Made by a program: the position numbers and the translations under genes
Notes under the pieces: generated by a model
The model's database searches: none
Told to the model about the DNA's origin: nothing
The model's input: only the letters and a program-made list of their open reading frames with translations
Assembly: GCA_963819655.1 (NCBI GenBank)
Contig: CAWFXA010000002.1
Coordinates: 128,001-192,000 of the forward strand
Length of the DNA stretch: 64,000 bases
Source: an uncultured Chloroflexia bacterium
Lineage (GTDB): Bacteria; Chloroflexota; Limnocylindria; Limnocylindrales; CSP1-4
Direction of reading: 5' to 3'
In this document: piece by piece, positions 10,475-19,399 of the stretch
Layout of the letters: each line of letters starts with the position of its first letter
Position numbering within the stretch: position 1 is the stretch's first letter

Positions 10475-10560
10475 CAGCGCAGTATCGCCGACCGGCTCCG
10501 GAAGCCGCGTCCCTGGGCTGCTGCGGTACCCTGACTGCTCCCCCAGACACCGGAGACCCT

Positions 10561-11310
10561 GTGACCACGGCCCTCGACCGACCCCCCGAAGAAGCTGGCG
10601 AAGACACGTCGTTCGCCCGCGGGCTGCGCGTCTTCCTGACCATCGCCGACCGTGGCGAGATCCGCGCGGACGAGCTCAGCACGCTCCTGGAGACGCCGCT
10701 CTCGACGATCTACCGCTACCTGCGCACGCTGACCGAGTTCGGGTTCGTGGAGCGCCATGAGGGCGGCTATCGACTCGGTGCACGCCTCCACCTCATCGGT
10801 GGCGGCCCGATCGTGACGGCCGAGGAGCTCATCAGGGCGGCGGAACCGGTGCTCGCCGACCTCGCCGTGACGACGCGGGAGACGGCCTTCATCAGCCGCC
10901 GGATCGGACTCGGCGCGATCAGCCTCGCGGGACAGCCGTCGCCCCAATCGCTGCGTGTCGTCGTCGAGACCGGGCAGACGGGTCCGCTGCACCTCGGCGC
11001 CGTCGCGCTGGTCCTGCTCGCGTACGCCCCACTCGAGGTGCAGGACGCGGCACTGGCCGAGGTGGCGGAGGGAGCGACCATCCGACGCTCGCTGCCCGCG
11101 GTCTTGTCCGCGGGCTTCGCGCAGGACGACGGCCTGACGTTCACCGGGGCCATCACATTGGCTGTGCCCGTCCTGCAGGACGATGAGATCGTGGCTGCAC
11201 TCGGGGTCGCCGCGCCGTCGGAGCGGGCCAGTCGCCGCTGGCAGTCCCGGGCGCGGACGGCGCTCAGGCGGTCGGCCACCGAGGTCGAGACCTCGCTCGG
11301 GGTGGTCTGA
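10561..11310 (+). CDS. IclR family transcriptional regulator
   Basis: SFARGLRVF, HTH TPLSTIYRYLRTL, C-terminal effector domain (ITLAVPV). Divergent from the operon. Confidence 0.88.
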   Translation: MTTALDRPPEEAGEDTSFARGLRVFLTIADRGEIRADELSTLLETPLSTIYRYLRTLTEFGFVERHEGGYRLGARLHLIGGGPIVTAEELIRAAEPVLADLAVTTRETAFISRRIGLGAISLAGQPSPQSLRVVVETGQTGPLHLGAVALVLLAYAPLEVQDAALAEVAEGATIRRSLPAVLSAGFAQDDGLTFTGAITLAVPVLQDDEIVAALGVAAPSERASRRWQSRARTALRRSATEVETSLGVV

Positions 11311-11362
11311 CCGAAACACGCGGTCGGTACTATCGCGATATGGCATCGGGACTTTCCACAAT

Positions 11363-11391
11363 TTGACAATCGGGCCACCGGAGCGGATGCT
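11363..11391 (+). promoter_or_regulatory. Putative sigma70 promoter for the 11401 gene
   Basis: TTGACA (11363-11368), 17 bp spacer, weak -10 GATGCT, ATG 9 nt later with no SD. Confidence 0.4.
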
Positions 11392-11400
11392 GCGCGTGTC

Positions 11401-11868
11401 ATGGACGCGCTGGCCGCACTCGGACCCGTCTCCGACTCCTACGCGTGGCTGCCCGTCGCCGATGCCTTCGACTGGAACGGTGTCTCGCAGCAGCTCGGCG
11501 ACGGCGAGTGGTATCTCGTCGCGTTCCGCTCCGTCCATCGACCCGATGCTGACGAAGCGCGCCTGGCCGAGTACGACGAGCGCGCCCACCTCGAGGCCGC
11601 CACGGCCCCGGGTTTCGTCCACTACTTCAAGGGACCCACGGCCAACGACGGCACGTGCCTGTCGTTCTGCCTCTGGACGTCACGCGCGGAGGCGCGCGCG
11701 GCCGCCGGGCGACCCGATCACCTCGAAGCGATCACGTTGCTCGATGAGATGTACGAGCGCTACACGCTCGAATTCGTGCGCGTGACCGGGCGGGTCGGGC
11801 TGCCCCTGTCGTTCGCGCCATATGACGCGCCGGTCAGCGACGACCCTGCGACCGAGCGGGCCGCCTAA
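11401..11868 (+). CDS. Uncharacterised protein, ABM/dimeric alpha-beta barrel-like (UPF0643-like)
   Basis: WYLVAFRS...AHLEA...YFKG...SFCLWTSRAEA...H pattern. Confidence 0.6.
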   Translation: MDALAALGPVSDSYAWLPVADAFDWNGVSQQLGDGEWYLVAFRSVHRPDADEARLAEYDERAHLEAATAPGFVHYFKGPTANDGTCLSFCLWTSRAEARAAAGRPDHLEAITLLDEMYERYTLEFVRVTGRVGLPLSFAPYDAPVSDDPATERAA

Positions 11869-12848
11869 CTCGCGGCGGGCTCCTCGTCCCGCGACCCGGT
11901 CGACAGACCCACGCCGAGTCGCAGCGCGGAGACCGCGCCGCCGACCGAGGTCACCAGCAGGATCATCGCGTGGACGAGCAAAGCCATCGCGAAAGCTGAA
12001 TCGGCGTCGACACCGACCCGCGTCGCGATCCCGACAGTGGTGAGCTCGAAGGTGCCGAGGTAGCCGGGGCCTGAAGGCACGATCGTGGCGAGGGCGACGC
12101 CGCTGGAAAGCAACGCGCCCTCGACGGGACTCAATTCGATCCCGAGCGCCCGGCCGCCGAGGACGAATGTCAGGATCGAGAACGTCCAGGCGATCGCGCT
12201 GAACGCGAGCGCTGCGACGACGGTCCCAGGCCGGCTGACGACCGCGAGTCCCTCGCGCAGCCGGCGCGCGAGATCGAGGATCCGCGGGAACCGCTCGGCC
12301 GCAACGCTGACGCGCTCGGCGCCCGGCAATCGATGGCTCAGGACCGCGACGACGAGGCCGACGACCAGGACGCCCACGAACACGGCACCCAGCACGACCC
12401 CGGTCGCGACGATCCCACTGACGTCGAGGATCACCACGGACAGTGCGGCCAACCCGACGACGATCACGGTGTCGAGAATCCGCTCGACGACGACCGTGCC
12501 GAGGACAGTCGTCCGGCTCACGCCCTCCCCCTCGCCGAGAGCATGGCTGCGGACCAGCTCGCCGAGACGGGCTGGCAGGACGTTGTTGGCGAGGTAGCCG
12601 ACGAACGTATACCCGATCACCCGCATGTATGCGAGCCGGCGTATAGGCGCCAATAGTGCCCGCCAGCGAGCGCCACGCGCCGCGACGTCGAGCGTGACCG
12701 ACACGACCATGAGCAAGACGATCCGTGGGTCGGCCTGGCTGAGGACGTCGAGGGCGTCCTCGACGTCGACCGACTGGAGAAGGATCGCCACGGAGGCGAC
12801 ACTGATCGCGATGCCGAGGACCGCGCGGAACGCGGTGCGGCGGCTCAC
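11865..12848 (-). CDS. Lysylphosphatidylglycerol synthase TM-region / UPF0104 flippase-like membrane protein
   Basis: RGARW, GYLANNVLPARLGELVR, VVERILD, PSGPGYLGTFE; multiple TM helices; coupled to the GT2 gene. Confidence 0.85.
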   Translation of the reverse strand: MSRRTAFRAVLGIAISVASVAILLQSVDVEDALDVLSQADPRIVLLMVVSVTLDVAARGARWRALLAPIRRLAYMRVIGYTFVGYLANNVLPARLGELVRSHALGEGEGVSRTTVLGTVVVERILDTVIVVGLAALSVVILDVSGIVATGVVLGAVFVGVLVVGLVVAVLSHRLPGAERVSVAAERFPRILDLARRLREGLAVVSRPGTVVAALAFSAIAWTFSILTFVLGGRALGIELSPVEGALLSSGVALATIVPSGPGYLGTFELTTVGIATRVGVDADSAFAMALLVHAMILLVTSVGGAVSALRLGVGLSTGSRDEEPAAS

Positions 12849-13603
12849 GGGCGCCGGGCAGTCAGCTTCTTCGACGGGCGCAGGCGCAGGCGATGGAGGA
12901 GATAGCGCCCGACGACGCGCAGCGTCGAGAGGCCATAGACCACGCTGCGGCGGAAGCCGACGGAGCTGGCCTCCTCGAAGTAGCGCGTCGGCACGGCGAT
13001 CTCGCCGATCCGCTCGCGCATCCCCGCCGCCACCACTTGGGCGATCAGCTCCTGGTCGAAGACGAAGTCGTCGCTGTTGGCGTGATACGGGATGGTCTCG
13101 AGCAGGTGCCGGCTGTAGGCACGCAGGCCCGTGTGGTATTCGGACAGGCGCAGACCGAAGGCGATGTTCTCGACCGTCGTCAGGAACCGGTTGCTCACGT
13201 ATTTCCAGGTCGGCATCCCACCGGCCAGTGGGTCGCCGAGGAACCGGCTCCCGAGCATGAGATCACGCTCGCCCTTGGCGATCGGCTCGACGAGCGCGGG
13301 GATCCGGGTTGCGTCGTACTGGTAGTCGGGATGGAGCATCACGACGACATCGGCGCCGGCCTCCAGCGCCGCGTCGTAGCAGGTCTTCTGGTTGCCGCCG
13401 TAGCCCCGGTTCTGGGCGTGGATGATGACGTCGAGGCCGAGCTGGCGCGCGATGTCGACGGTCTCGTCGCCTGACACGTCGTCGACGAGGATGATCCGGT
13501 CGATCAGGGCGTGCGGGATATCGGCGTACGTCCGCTCCAGCGTGAGAGCGGCGTTGTACGCGGGCATGACGATGATGATCCGGGGATCGCCTTGGTGGGC
13601 CAC
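12845..13603 (-). CDS. Glycosyltransferase family 2 (polyprenol-phosphate glycosyltransferase-like)
   Basis: IVMPAYN, LVDDVS, NRGYGG, HPDYQY, GSRF. Confidence 0.92.
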   Translation of the reverse strand: MAHQGDPRIIIVMPAYNAALTLERTYADIPHALIDRIILVDDVSGDETVDIARQLGLDVIIHAQNRGYGGNQKTCYDAALEAGADVVVMLHPDYQYDATRIPALVEPIAKGERDLMLGSRFLGDPLAGGMPTWKYVSNRFLTTVENIAFGLRLSEYHTGLRAYSRHLLETIPYHANSDDFVFDQELIAQVVAAGMRERIGEIAVPTRYFEEASSVGFRRSVVYGLSTLRVVGRYLLHRLRLRPSKKLTARRP

Positions 13604-13696
13604 GGCGCGAAGCGTAGCGGGTGGACAGCGGTCACGGGACCGTCATCGAGGTTGTGCGACGATACCCATTCCGCGCCAGGAAGGATCTCCCGTCCC

Positions 13697-14302
13697 ATGT
13701 TCGAACGACTCTTCGGCAACACCGCCGTCGACCCCGCCATCGCCGAGCGCATCCCGCCTGGTCAGTACAAGACGGAAAAGTTCCCGGTGCTCCACTACGG
13801 CTCGGTCCCGCACACGGACCTCGCGACCTGGGACTTCAAGGTGTGGGGCGAGGTCGATGCGCCGTTCATGCTGACCTGGCAGCAGTTCAAGGAGCTGCCA
13901 CGCAAGCAGATCCACACCGACGTGCACTGCGTGACCCGCTGGTCGAAGCTGGACACCGATTGGGAGGGTGTCCCGATCCAGACGATCCTCGAGCTGGCCC
14001 AGGTCCGCCCGAGCGCCACGCACGTCGTCAGCCACGCCGAGCAGGGCTACACGGCCAACCTGCCGCTCGAGATCCTCGACGACGATGACGTCCTGCTCGC
14101 CGACACGTACGACGGCCAGCCACTCGAGCCCGAGCACGGCTACCCGCTGCGGCTCGTCGTCCCGAAGCGGTACTTCTGGAAGAGCTCGAAGTGGATCCGC
14201 GGTCTGGAGTTCCTCGACCACGATCAGCTCGGCTTCTGGGAGCGCTACGGCTATAACAACAACGCCGATCCCTGGAAGGAAGAGCGCTTCACAGACGACT
14301 AA
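13697..14302 (+). CDS. Sulfite oxidase-like molybdopterin oxidoreductase (YuiH-like)
   Basis: RIPPGQY, DVHCVTRWS (Mo-ligand Cys), EHGYPLRLVVP, YFWKSSKW, GFWERYGY. Confidence 0.9.
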   Translation: MFERLFGNTAVDPAIAERIPPGQYKTEKFPVLHYGSVPHTDLATWDFKVWGEVDAPFMLTWQQFKELPRKQIHTDVHCVTRWSKLDTDWEGVPIQTILELAQVRPSATHVVSHAEQGYTANLPLEILDDDDVLLADTYDGQPLEPEHGYPLRLVVPKRYFWKSSKWIRGLEFLDHDQLGFWERYGYNNNADPWKEERFTDD

Positions 14303-14342
14303 AACGGGCACCTGCCTCGCTGCGTCAGCTCCACCGTCCGCG

Positions 14343-15003
14343 ATGCCGGTCACGCACCGCGCCTTCGTCCTCCGCCACACCCGACTCCGACCGGTCCCGG
14401 GGCTCGAGGAGATCCGCCTCCATCTGGCCGACGAAGTCCTGCCCCTGTGGCATGCCACACAGATCGAGACGGGCAACCCGGATGCCCCGCTGCCGTACTG
14501 GGCATTCGCCTGGGTGGGCGGGCTCGCGATCGGGCGGTACCTGCGCGACCATCCGGAGGCCGTGGCCGGCCGCCGCGTGTTCGATCTTGCTTCCGGTTCG
14601 GGGCTGTGTGCGATCGCTGCGCTGGGTGCCGGCGCTACTTCGGCGACCGGCGCCGACATCGATGGCTTCGCGGCCGCGGCGATGGAGCGCAACGCGCGCG
14701 CCAACGGCCGGCGGATGACGGTCGTGGATCGCGACGTGCTGGACGAGGCGGCGCCCGAGGTCGACATCATCCTGGCCGGCGACTGCTGGTACGACGCCAG
14801 GCTCGCCGAACGGGTGCTGCCGTGGCTCCGGCGTGCCCAGGCGCGCGGCGATCGAGGTCCTGATCGGCGATCCCGGGCGCCGCTACCTGCCGGCCGACGA
14901 GCTGATCGAGCTCGCCTCGTACGACGTCCAGACGACGACCGAGCTCGAGGACCTCGCGCGCAGGACCGGCAGGGTTTACGCGCTGCGACCGACGCCGCGC
15001 TGA
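14343..15003 (+). CDS. Class I SAM protein-lysine methyltransferase (METTL20/PrmA-like); one-base frameshift near 14850
   Basis: PYWAFAWVGG, VFDLASGSG, ILAGDCWY. After one extra base the conserved VLIGDPGRRYLP...YDVQTTTELED continues in another frame to TGA 15003. Start approximate. Confidence 0.75.
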
Positions 15004-15021
15004 GTCCGACGCCGCGCTGAG
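14989..15021 (+). repeat. 17-nt-period tandem duplication containing the stop codon
   Basis: CCGACGCCGCGCTGAG at 14989-15004 and 15006-15021. Confidence 0.8.
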
Positions 15022-15030
15022 CCCGCTCCT

Positions 15031-17103
15031 TCAGACAGCTTCGGCCAGCGCCTCGGAGAACTGGCTCTCGTACAGCTCTGCATAGAAGCCGCCCCGAGAG
15101 AGGAGCGATGCGTGGTCGCCCTGCTCCACGATCTTGCCACGATCCATGACGAGGATCGTGTCGGCGTCGCGGATGGTCGAGAGGCGGTGGGCGATCACGA
15201 ACGTCGTCCGCCCACGCATCAGCCCGGCCATCGCGCGCTGGATCAGGACCTCGGTCCGCGTGTCGACCGACGACGTCGCCTCATCCAGGATGAGGATCGG
15301 CGGGTCGGCAAGGAACGCACGGGAGATCGTCAGGAGCTGCTTCTCACCCGCTGACAGGTTCGTCGCGTCGTCGTCGATCACCGTGTCGTACCCGTCCGGC
15401 AGCGTCCGCACGAAGTGATCGACATGGGCGGCCTCGGCCGCGGCGCGGAGCTCCTCGTTCGGGGCGTCGAGCCGACCGTAGGCGATGTTCTCGCGGATCG
15501 TCCCGTGGAACAGCCAGGTGTCCTGAAGGACCATCCCGAACGATCGGCGCAGGTCGTCGCGGGTCACGTCGCGCGTGTCGATCCCGTCGATCGTGATGCG
15601 GCCCGCATCGAGCTCGTAGAAGCGCATCAGCAGGTTGACAAGCGTCGTCTTGCCGGCCCCGGTCGGGCCGACGATCGCGACGGTCGCGCCGGCCGAAACG
15701 TCGAGCGACAGATCGTCGATGAGCGGCTGCTCGGCTAGGTAGCGGAACGACACATCCTCGAAGCGGACCGCGCCGACGGGCGCATCGAGCGGGATCGCCC
15801 GGACGGGGTCGGCGGACTCCTCGGGCTCGTCGATGAGCTCGAAGACGCGCTCGGCCGAGGCGACGGCCGACTGGAGGACGCTGACGATGCTCGCCGTCTG
15901 GATGATCGGGAACGTGAACTGGCGCGAGTATTGGATGAAGGCGACGACGTCGCCGATGCTGAGCTGGCCGGCCGCGACCCGGAGTCCGCCGATGACCGCG
16001 ATCGCGACGTAGTTCAGGTTCGAGATGAACGTCATCGCCGGCTGGATGATCCCGGAGATGAACTGTGCCCGGCGACTGGCGTCGAACAGGCGCTCGTTCT
16101 CACGGTCGAACACCTCGATCGCCTCGCGCTGCCGACCGAAGGCCTTCACGATCGAGTGCCCGGTGTGCATCTCTTCGACGTGGCCGTTCAGCGCGCCGGT
16201 CGACGCCCACTGGGCGACGAACTGCTGCTGGGAGCGGCGGACGATGAGGATCGTGACGGCCAGCGACGCCGGCACCGAGAGCAGCGAGATGACCGCAAGG
16301 AGCGGGCTGATCGTGAGCATCAGGATCAACACGCCGACGATCGTCAGGAGCGACGTGATGAGCTGGGTCAGGGTCTGCTGGAGCGACTGGCCGATGTTGT
16401 CGATATCGTTCGTGACCCGGCTGAGCAGGTCGCCCCGAGGGTGGCTGTCGAAATAGCTGAGCGGCAGCCGGCCGAGCTTGCGGTCGACGTCGGCGCGCAG
16501 CTTGACGACCGTCCGCTGCGTGACCCCGGCCATGATCCAGCCCTGGATCCAGCCGAAGATCGAACTGATCACGTAGACAGCGACCAACACCCCGAGCAGT
16601 CCGGCGAGCGCCGCGAAGTCGATCCCGCCGGCGTTGAGCTGCATGCCGGACAGCATGTCGGCGAGCTGGTCCTGACCCTGCGCCCGGGCCGTGTCGATCG
16701 CCTGCTGCTGGGTCGCCCCTCCGCCGAGGATCTGCCTGCCGAGCTCGCCCGCGACGATCAGATTGATCGCCTCGCCGAGGATCTTTGGGCCGATGACATT
16801 GAAGGTCACGCTGACGATCGCGAGCAGAACGACGAGGACGATCAGAGGACGCTCCGGCCCGAGCGTCCCGAACAGTCGGCGCAGCGAGCCTCGGAAGTCA
16901 TTGGCCTTGGCGGGCGGCAGGCCCATCCCCATGCCCATCATCCCGGGACCGCGGCCACCGCCCGGACCGCCCGGTCGACCGGCCGGTCCACCGGGGCCGG
17001 CGGAGCCGGGTCGGAACACGGGAGCTCCCGGTCCGCCGGGCTGTGGTGCGCCGGCCGAAGGGCCGTCGGCGGGAGGCCCGTCCGCGCCGGGTCGGCCGCT
17101 CAT
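15031..17103 (-). CDS. ABC exporter permease/ATPase subunit with consensus motifs (TM288-like)
   Basis: GPTGAGKTT, LSAGEKQ, ILDEATSSVD, AHRL; TM domain; G/P-rich N-terminus. Confidence 0.93.
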   Translation of the reverse strand: MSGRPGADGPPADGPSAGAPQPGGPGAPVFRPGSAGPGGPAGRPGGPGGGRGPGMMGMGMGLPPAKANDFRGSLRRLFGTLGPERPLIVLVVLLAIVSVTFNVIGPKILGEAINLIVAGELGRQILGGGATQQQAIDTARAQGQDQLADMLSGMQLNAGGIDFAALAGLLGVLVAVYVISSIFGWIQGWIMAGVTQRTVVKLRADVDRKLGRLPLSYFDSHPRGDLLSRVTNDIDNIGQSLQQTLTQLITSLLTIVGVLILMLTISPLLAVISLLSVPASLAVTILIVRRSQQQFVAQWASTGALNGHVEEMHTGHSIVKAFGRQREAIEVFDRENERLFDASRRAQFISGIIQPAMTFISNLNYVAIAVIGGLRVAAGQLSIGDVVAFIQYSRQFTFPIIQTASIVSVLQSAVASAERVFELIDEPEESADPVRAIPLDAPVGAVRFEDVSFRYLAEQPLIDDLSLDVSAGATVAIVGPTGAGKTTLVNLLMRFYELDAGRITIDGIDTRDVTRDDLRRSFGMVLQDTWLFHGTIRENIAYGRLDAPNEELRAAAEAAHVDHFVRTLPDGYDTVIDDDATNLSAGEKQLLTISRAFLADPPILILDEATSSVDTRTEVLIQRAMAGLMRGRTTFVIAHRLSTIRDADTILVMDRGKIVEQGDHASLLSRGGFYAELYESQFSEALAEAV

Positions 17104-18842
17104 GCGACAGCCTCCGCCTCGGACAGCTGCGAGTACACGATCTCGCGATAGGTCTCGTTCGTCTCCAGGAGGTGACGGTGCGTGCCGCTCCCGACGATCC
17201 GGCCTTTGTCCATCACGATGATCTGGTCGGCGTTCAGGATCGTGCCGACCCGCTGGGCGACGATGATCACCGTCGCACGGCCCAGCTCGCGCGCAAGCGC
17301 GGCCCGGAGCCGGGCGTCGGTTGCGAAGTCGAGCGCGGAGAAGCTGTCGTCGAAGATGTAGATCGGCGCGTCCTTCACGACCGCCCGGGCGATCGCGAGC
17401 CGTTGCCGCTGGCCGCCCGAGACATTGCCGCCGCCCTGGGTGATCGGCGCCTCGAGGCCGCCCTCCATCTCGCTGACGAAGTCGCGGCCCTGGGCGATAT
17501 CGAGCGCGTGCCAGAGCTCCTCGTCGGTCGCGTCCGCCTTCCCGAAGCGGAGGTTGCTCGCAACGGTCCCGCCGAACAGGAATGCCTTCTGGGGTATCAC
17601 GCCGATCTGCGCCCAGAGGTCCTCGCGGTCCATCGCCTTGATGTCGATGCCGTCGACGAGGATCGTGCCTGACGTCGCATCGTAGAAGCGCGGGATCAGA
17701 TTGATGAGCGTGCTCTTGCCGCTGCCGGTGCTGCCGACGATCGCGGTCGTCCTGCCCGGCTCGGCGCGAAACGAGATGTCGTGGAGGACGGGCTCTTGTG
17801 CTCCGGGATAGCGAAACTCGACGCCCCTGAACTCGACGACGCCACGCTGCGGGCCGGCCGGATCCGGGACCACGGGTTCAGCCGGATCGTGGATAGATGG
17901 CGCGGTGTCGAGGACCTCGCGGATCCGCCCCGCCGACACGGCCGCGCGAGGCACCAGGATGAACACGAAGACCGCGGTCAGGACCGCGAACAGGATCTGG
18001 CTGAGGTATTGGAGGTACGCGGTCAGGCCGCCGATCGACAACCCTCCGTCCTGGACCCGGATCGCGCCGAACCAGACGGCTGCAACGGTCGAGAGGTTGA
18101 AGATCGCGAAGATCACCGGCTGGGTGAGCGCAAACAGCCGACCCGCGCGAAGCTGTGTGTCGTAGAGGTCGAGACTCGCGGTCTCGAAGCGGGCCTCCTC
18201 GTGGCGCGTGCGGACGAATGCCCGGATGACGCGAACGCCGGCGAGCGTCTCTCGCATGACCTGGTTGATCCGGTCGATCTTCGCTTGGGTCGCCCGGAAG
18301 AGCGGGATCGCCCGGCTCATCACCAGCCCGATGACAAGGGCCATGAGCGGCAGCACGACGAGGAGCAGCCCGGACAGCGGGACGTCGGTGCGGAGGGCCA
18401 TGAAGATCCCTCCGACGATCAGGATCGGTGCCGAGACCACGACGGTCAGGGCCACGAAGACGAGCTGCTGGACCTGCTGGACGTCGTTGGTGTTGCGCGT
18501 GATCAGCGACGCCGGCCCGAATTGGTTGACCTCGACCTGTCCGAACGTCTCGACCTTGCTGAAGACCGCGCTGCGGACATCCCGGGCAAAGGCATTCGCG
18601 ATGAGCGAGCTGAGGTAGACGCTGGCGATCGCGGCGACGCCGACGATCACAGTGATCAGGAGCATGAGGGCGCCGACACGCATGATGTAGCCGGTGTCGC
18701 CCTTGACCACGCCGTTGTTGATGATGTCGCCGTTGAGGTCCGGCAGGTACAGGTTCCCGATGGCGCCGACGAGCAGCAGCACCAGCACCACGCCAAGCTG
18801 CGCCGCGTAGGGCCGGAGGTACGTGCGCAGGAGGCTGATCAT
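17100..18842 (-). CDS. ABC exporter subunit with degenerate Walker B (TM287-like)
   Basis: GSTGSGKST, VSGGQRQ, IFDDSFSALD, AQRV. Confidence 0.93.
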   Translation of the reverse strand: MISLLRTYLRPYAAQLGVVLVLLLVGAIGNLYLPDLNGDIINNGVVKGDTGYIMRVGALMLLITVIVGVAAIASVYLSSLIANAFARDVRSAVFSKVETFGQVEVNQFGPASLITRNTNDVQQVQQLVFVALTVVVSAPILIVGGIFMALRTDVPLSGLLLVVLPLMALVIGLVMSRAIPLFRATQAKIDRINQVMRETLAGVRVIRAFVRTRHEEARFETASLDLYDTQLRAGRLFALTQPVIFAIFNLSTVAAVWFGAIRVQDGGLSIGGLTAYLQYLSQILFAVLTAVFVFILVPRAAVSAGRIREVLDTAPSIHDPAEPVVPDPAGPQRGVVEFRGVEFRYPGAQEPVLHDISFRAEPGRTTAIVGSTGSGKSTLINLIPRFYDATSGTILVDGIDIKAMDREDLWAQIGVIPQKAFLFGGTVASNLRFGKADATDEELWHALDIAQGRDFVSEMEGGLEAPITQGGGNVSGGQRQRLAIARAVVKDAPIYIFDDSFSALDFATDARLRAALARELGRATVIIVAQRVGTILNADQIIVMDKGRIVGSGTHRHLLETNETYREIVYSQLSEAEAVA

Positions 18843-19345
18843 CGGGTCTTCCCCCTCTCCGCTGGGTGCCCGTTCGGCTCGGACATCGCCTCGGTTCGGA
18901 CCCGGCGCATCGCACGCAGCCCTGTGAGGAAGCTCTCGAGCTCGGCGTCGGTCATACGATCCAGCAGCCCGGCCAGGTGCTTGCGGCGCTCCATGGCCAG
19001 GTCGCGGAAGACCGAATCGCCCGCATCGGTGGGGTGCACGAAGATGACCCGACGATCAACCGGCTGGTGGCGCCGCTCGACGAGTCCGCGCTCCTCCATG
19101 CGATCGACGATCCCAGTCGTGCTGGCGACCGAGACATCCAGCGCCTCGGCCAGCTTGCTCATCGAGAGCGGGCCGTCGGACTCGAGCACGGTCAACACGT
19201 GCAGGTGGACGAGGCTCAGCGATCCGCGCAACCAATGCCGGAACGCGCCGGCGCGTTCCCGAGGACTCCAGGAGGTCAGTTCCTCGAGGAGGTCGTCGAC
19301 GATCCGGCGGCGCGCGCCAGCGGCCCGCCTATCATTCAATGGCAC
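18839..19345 (-). CDS. MarR family regulator
   Basis: GPLSMSKLAEALDVSVASTTGIVDRMEERGLVERRHQPVDRR. Confidence 0.92.
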   Translation of the reverse strand: MPLNDRRAAGARRRIVDDLLEELTSWSPRERAGAFRHWLRGSLSLVHLHVLTVLESDGPLSMSKLAEALDVSVASTTGIVDRMEERGLVERRHQPVDRRVIFVHPTDAGDSVFRDLAMERRKHLAGLLDRMTDAELESFLTGLRAMRRVRTEAMSEPNGHPAERGKTR

Positions 19346-19351
19346 ATTGAT

Positions 19352-19381
19352 AATCTATGACGGCTGTAACGAAACCGTCAA
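19352..19381 (-). promoter_or_regulatory. Leaderless promoter of marR with overlapping inverted repeat (candidate MarR operator)
   Basis: Minus strand TTGACG-18 bp-TAGATT, 6 nt before GTG 19345. IR TGACGG (19358-63) / CCGTCA (19375-80). Confidence 0.6.
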
Positions 19382-19399
19382 CCGCGCGTCAACTCGAGG

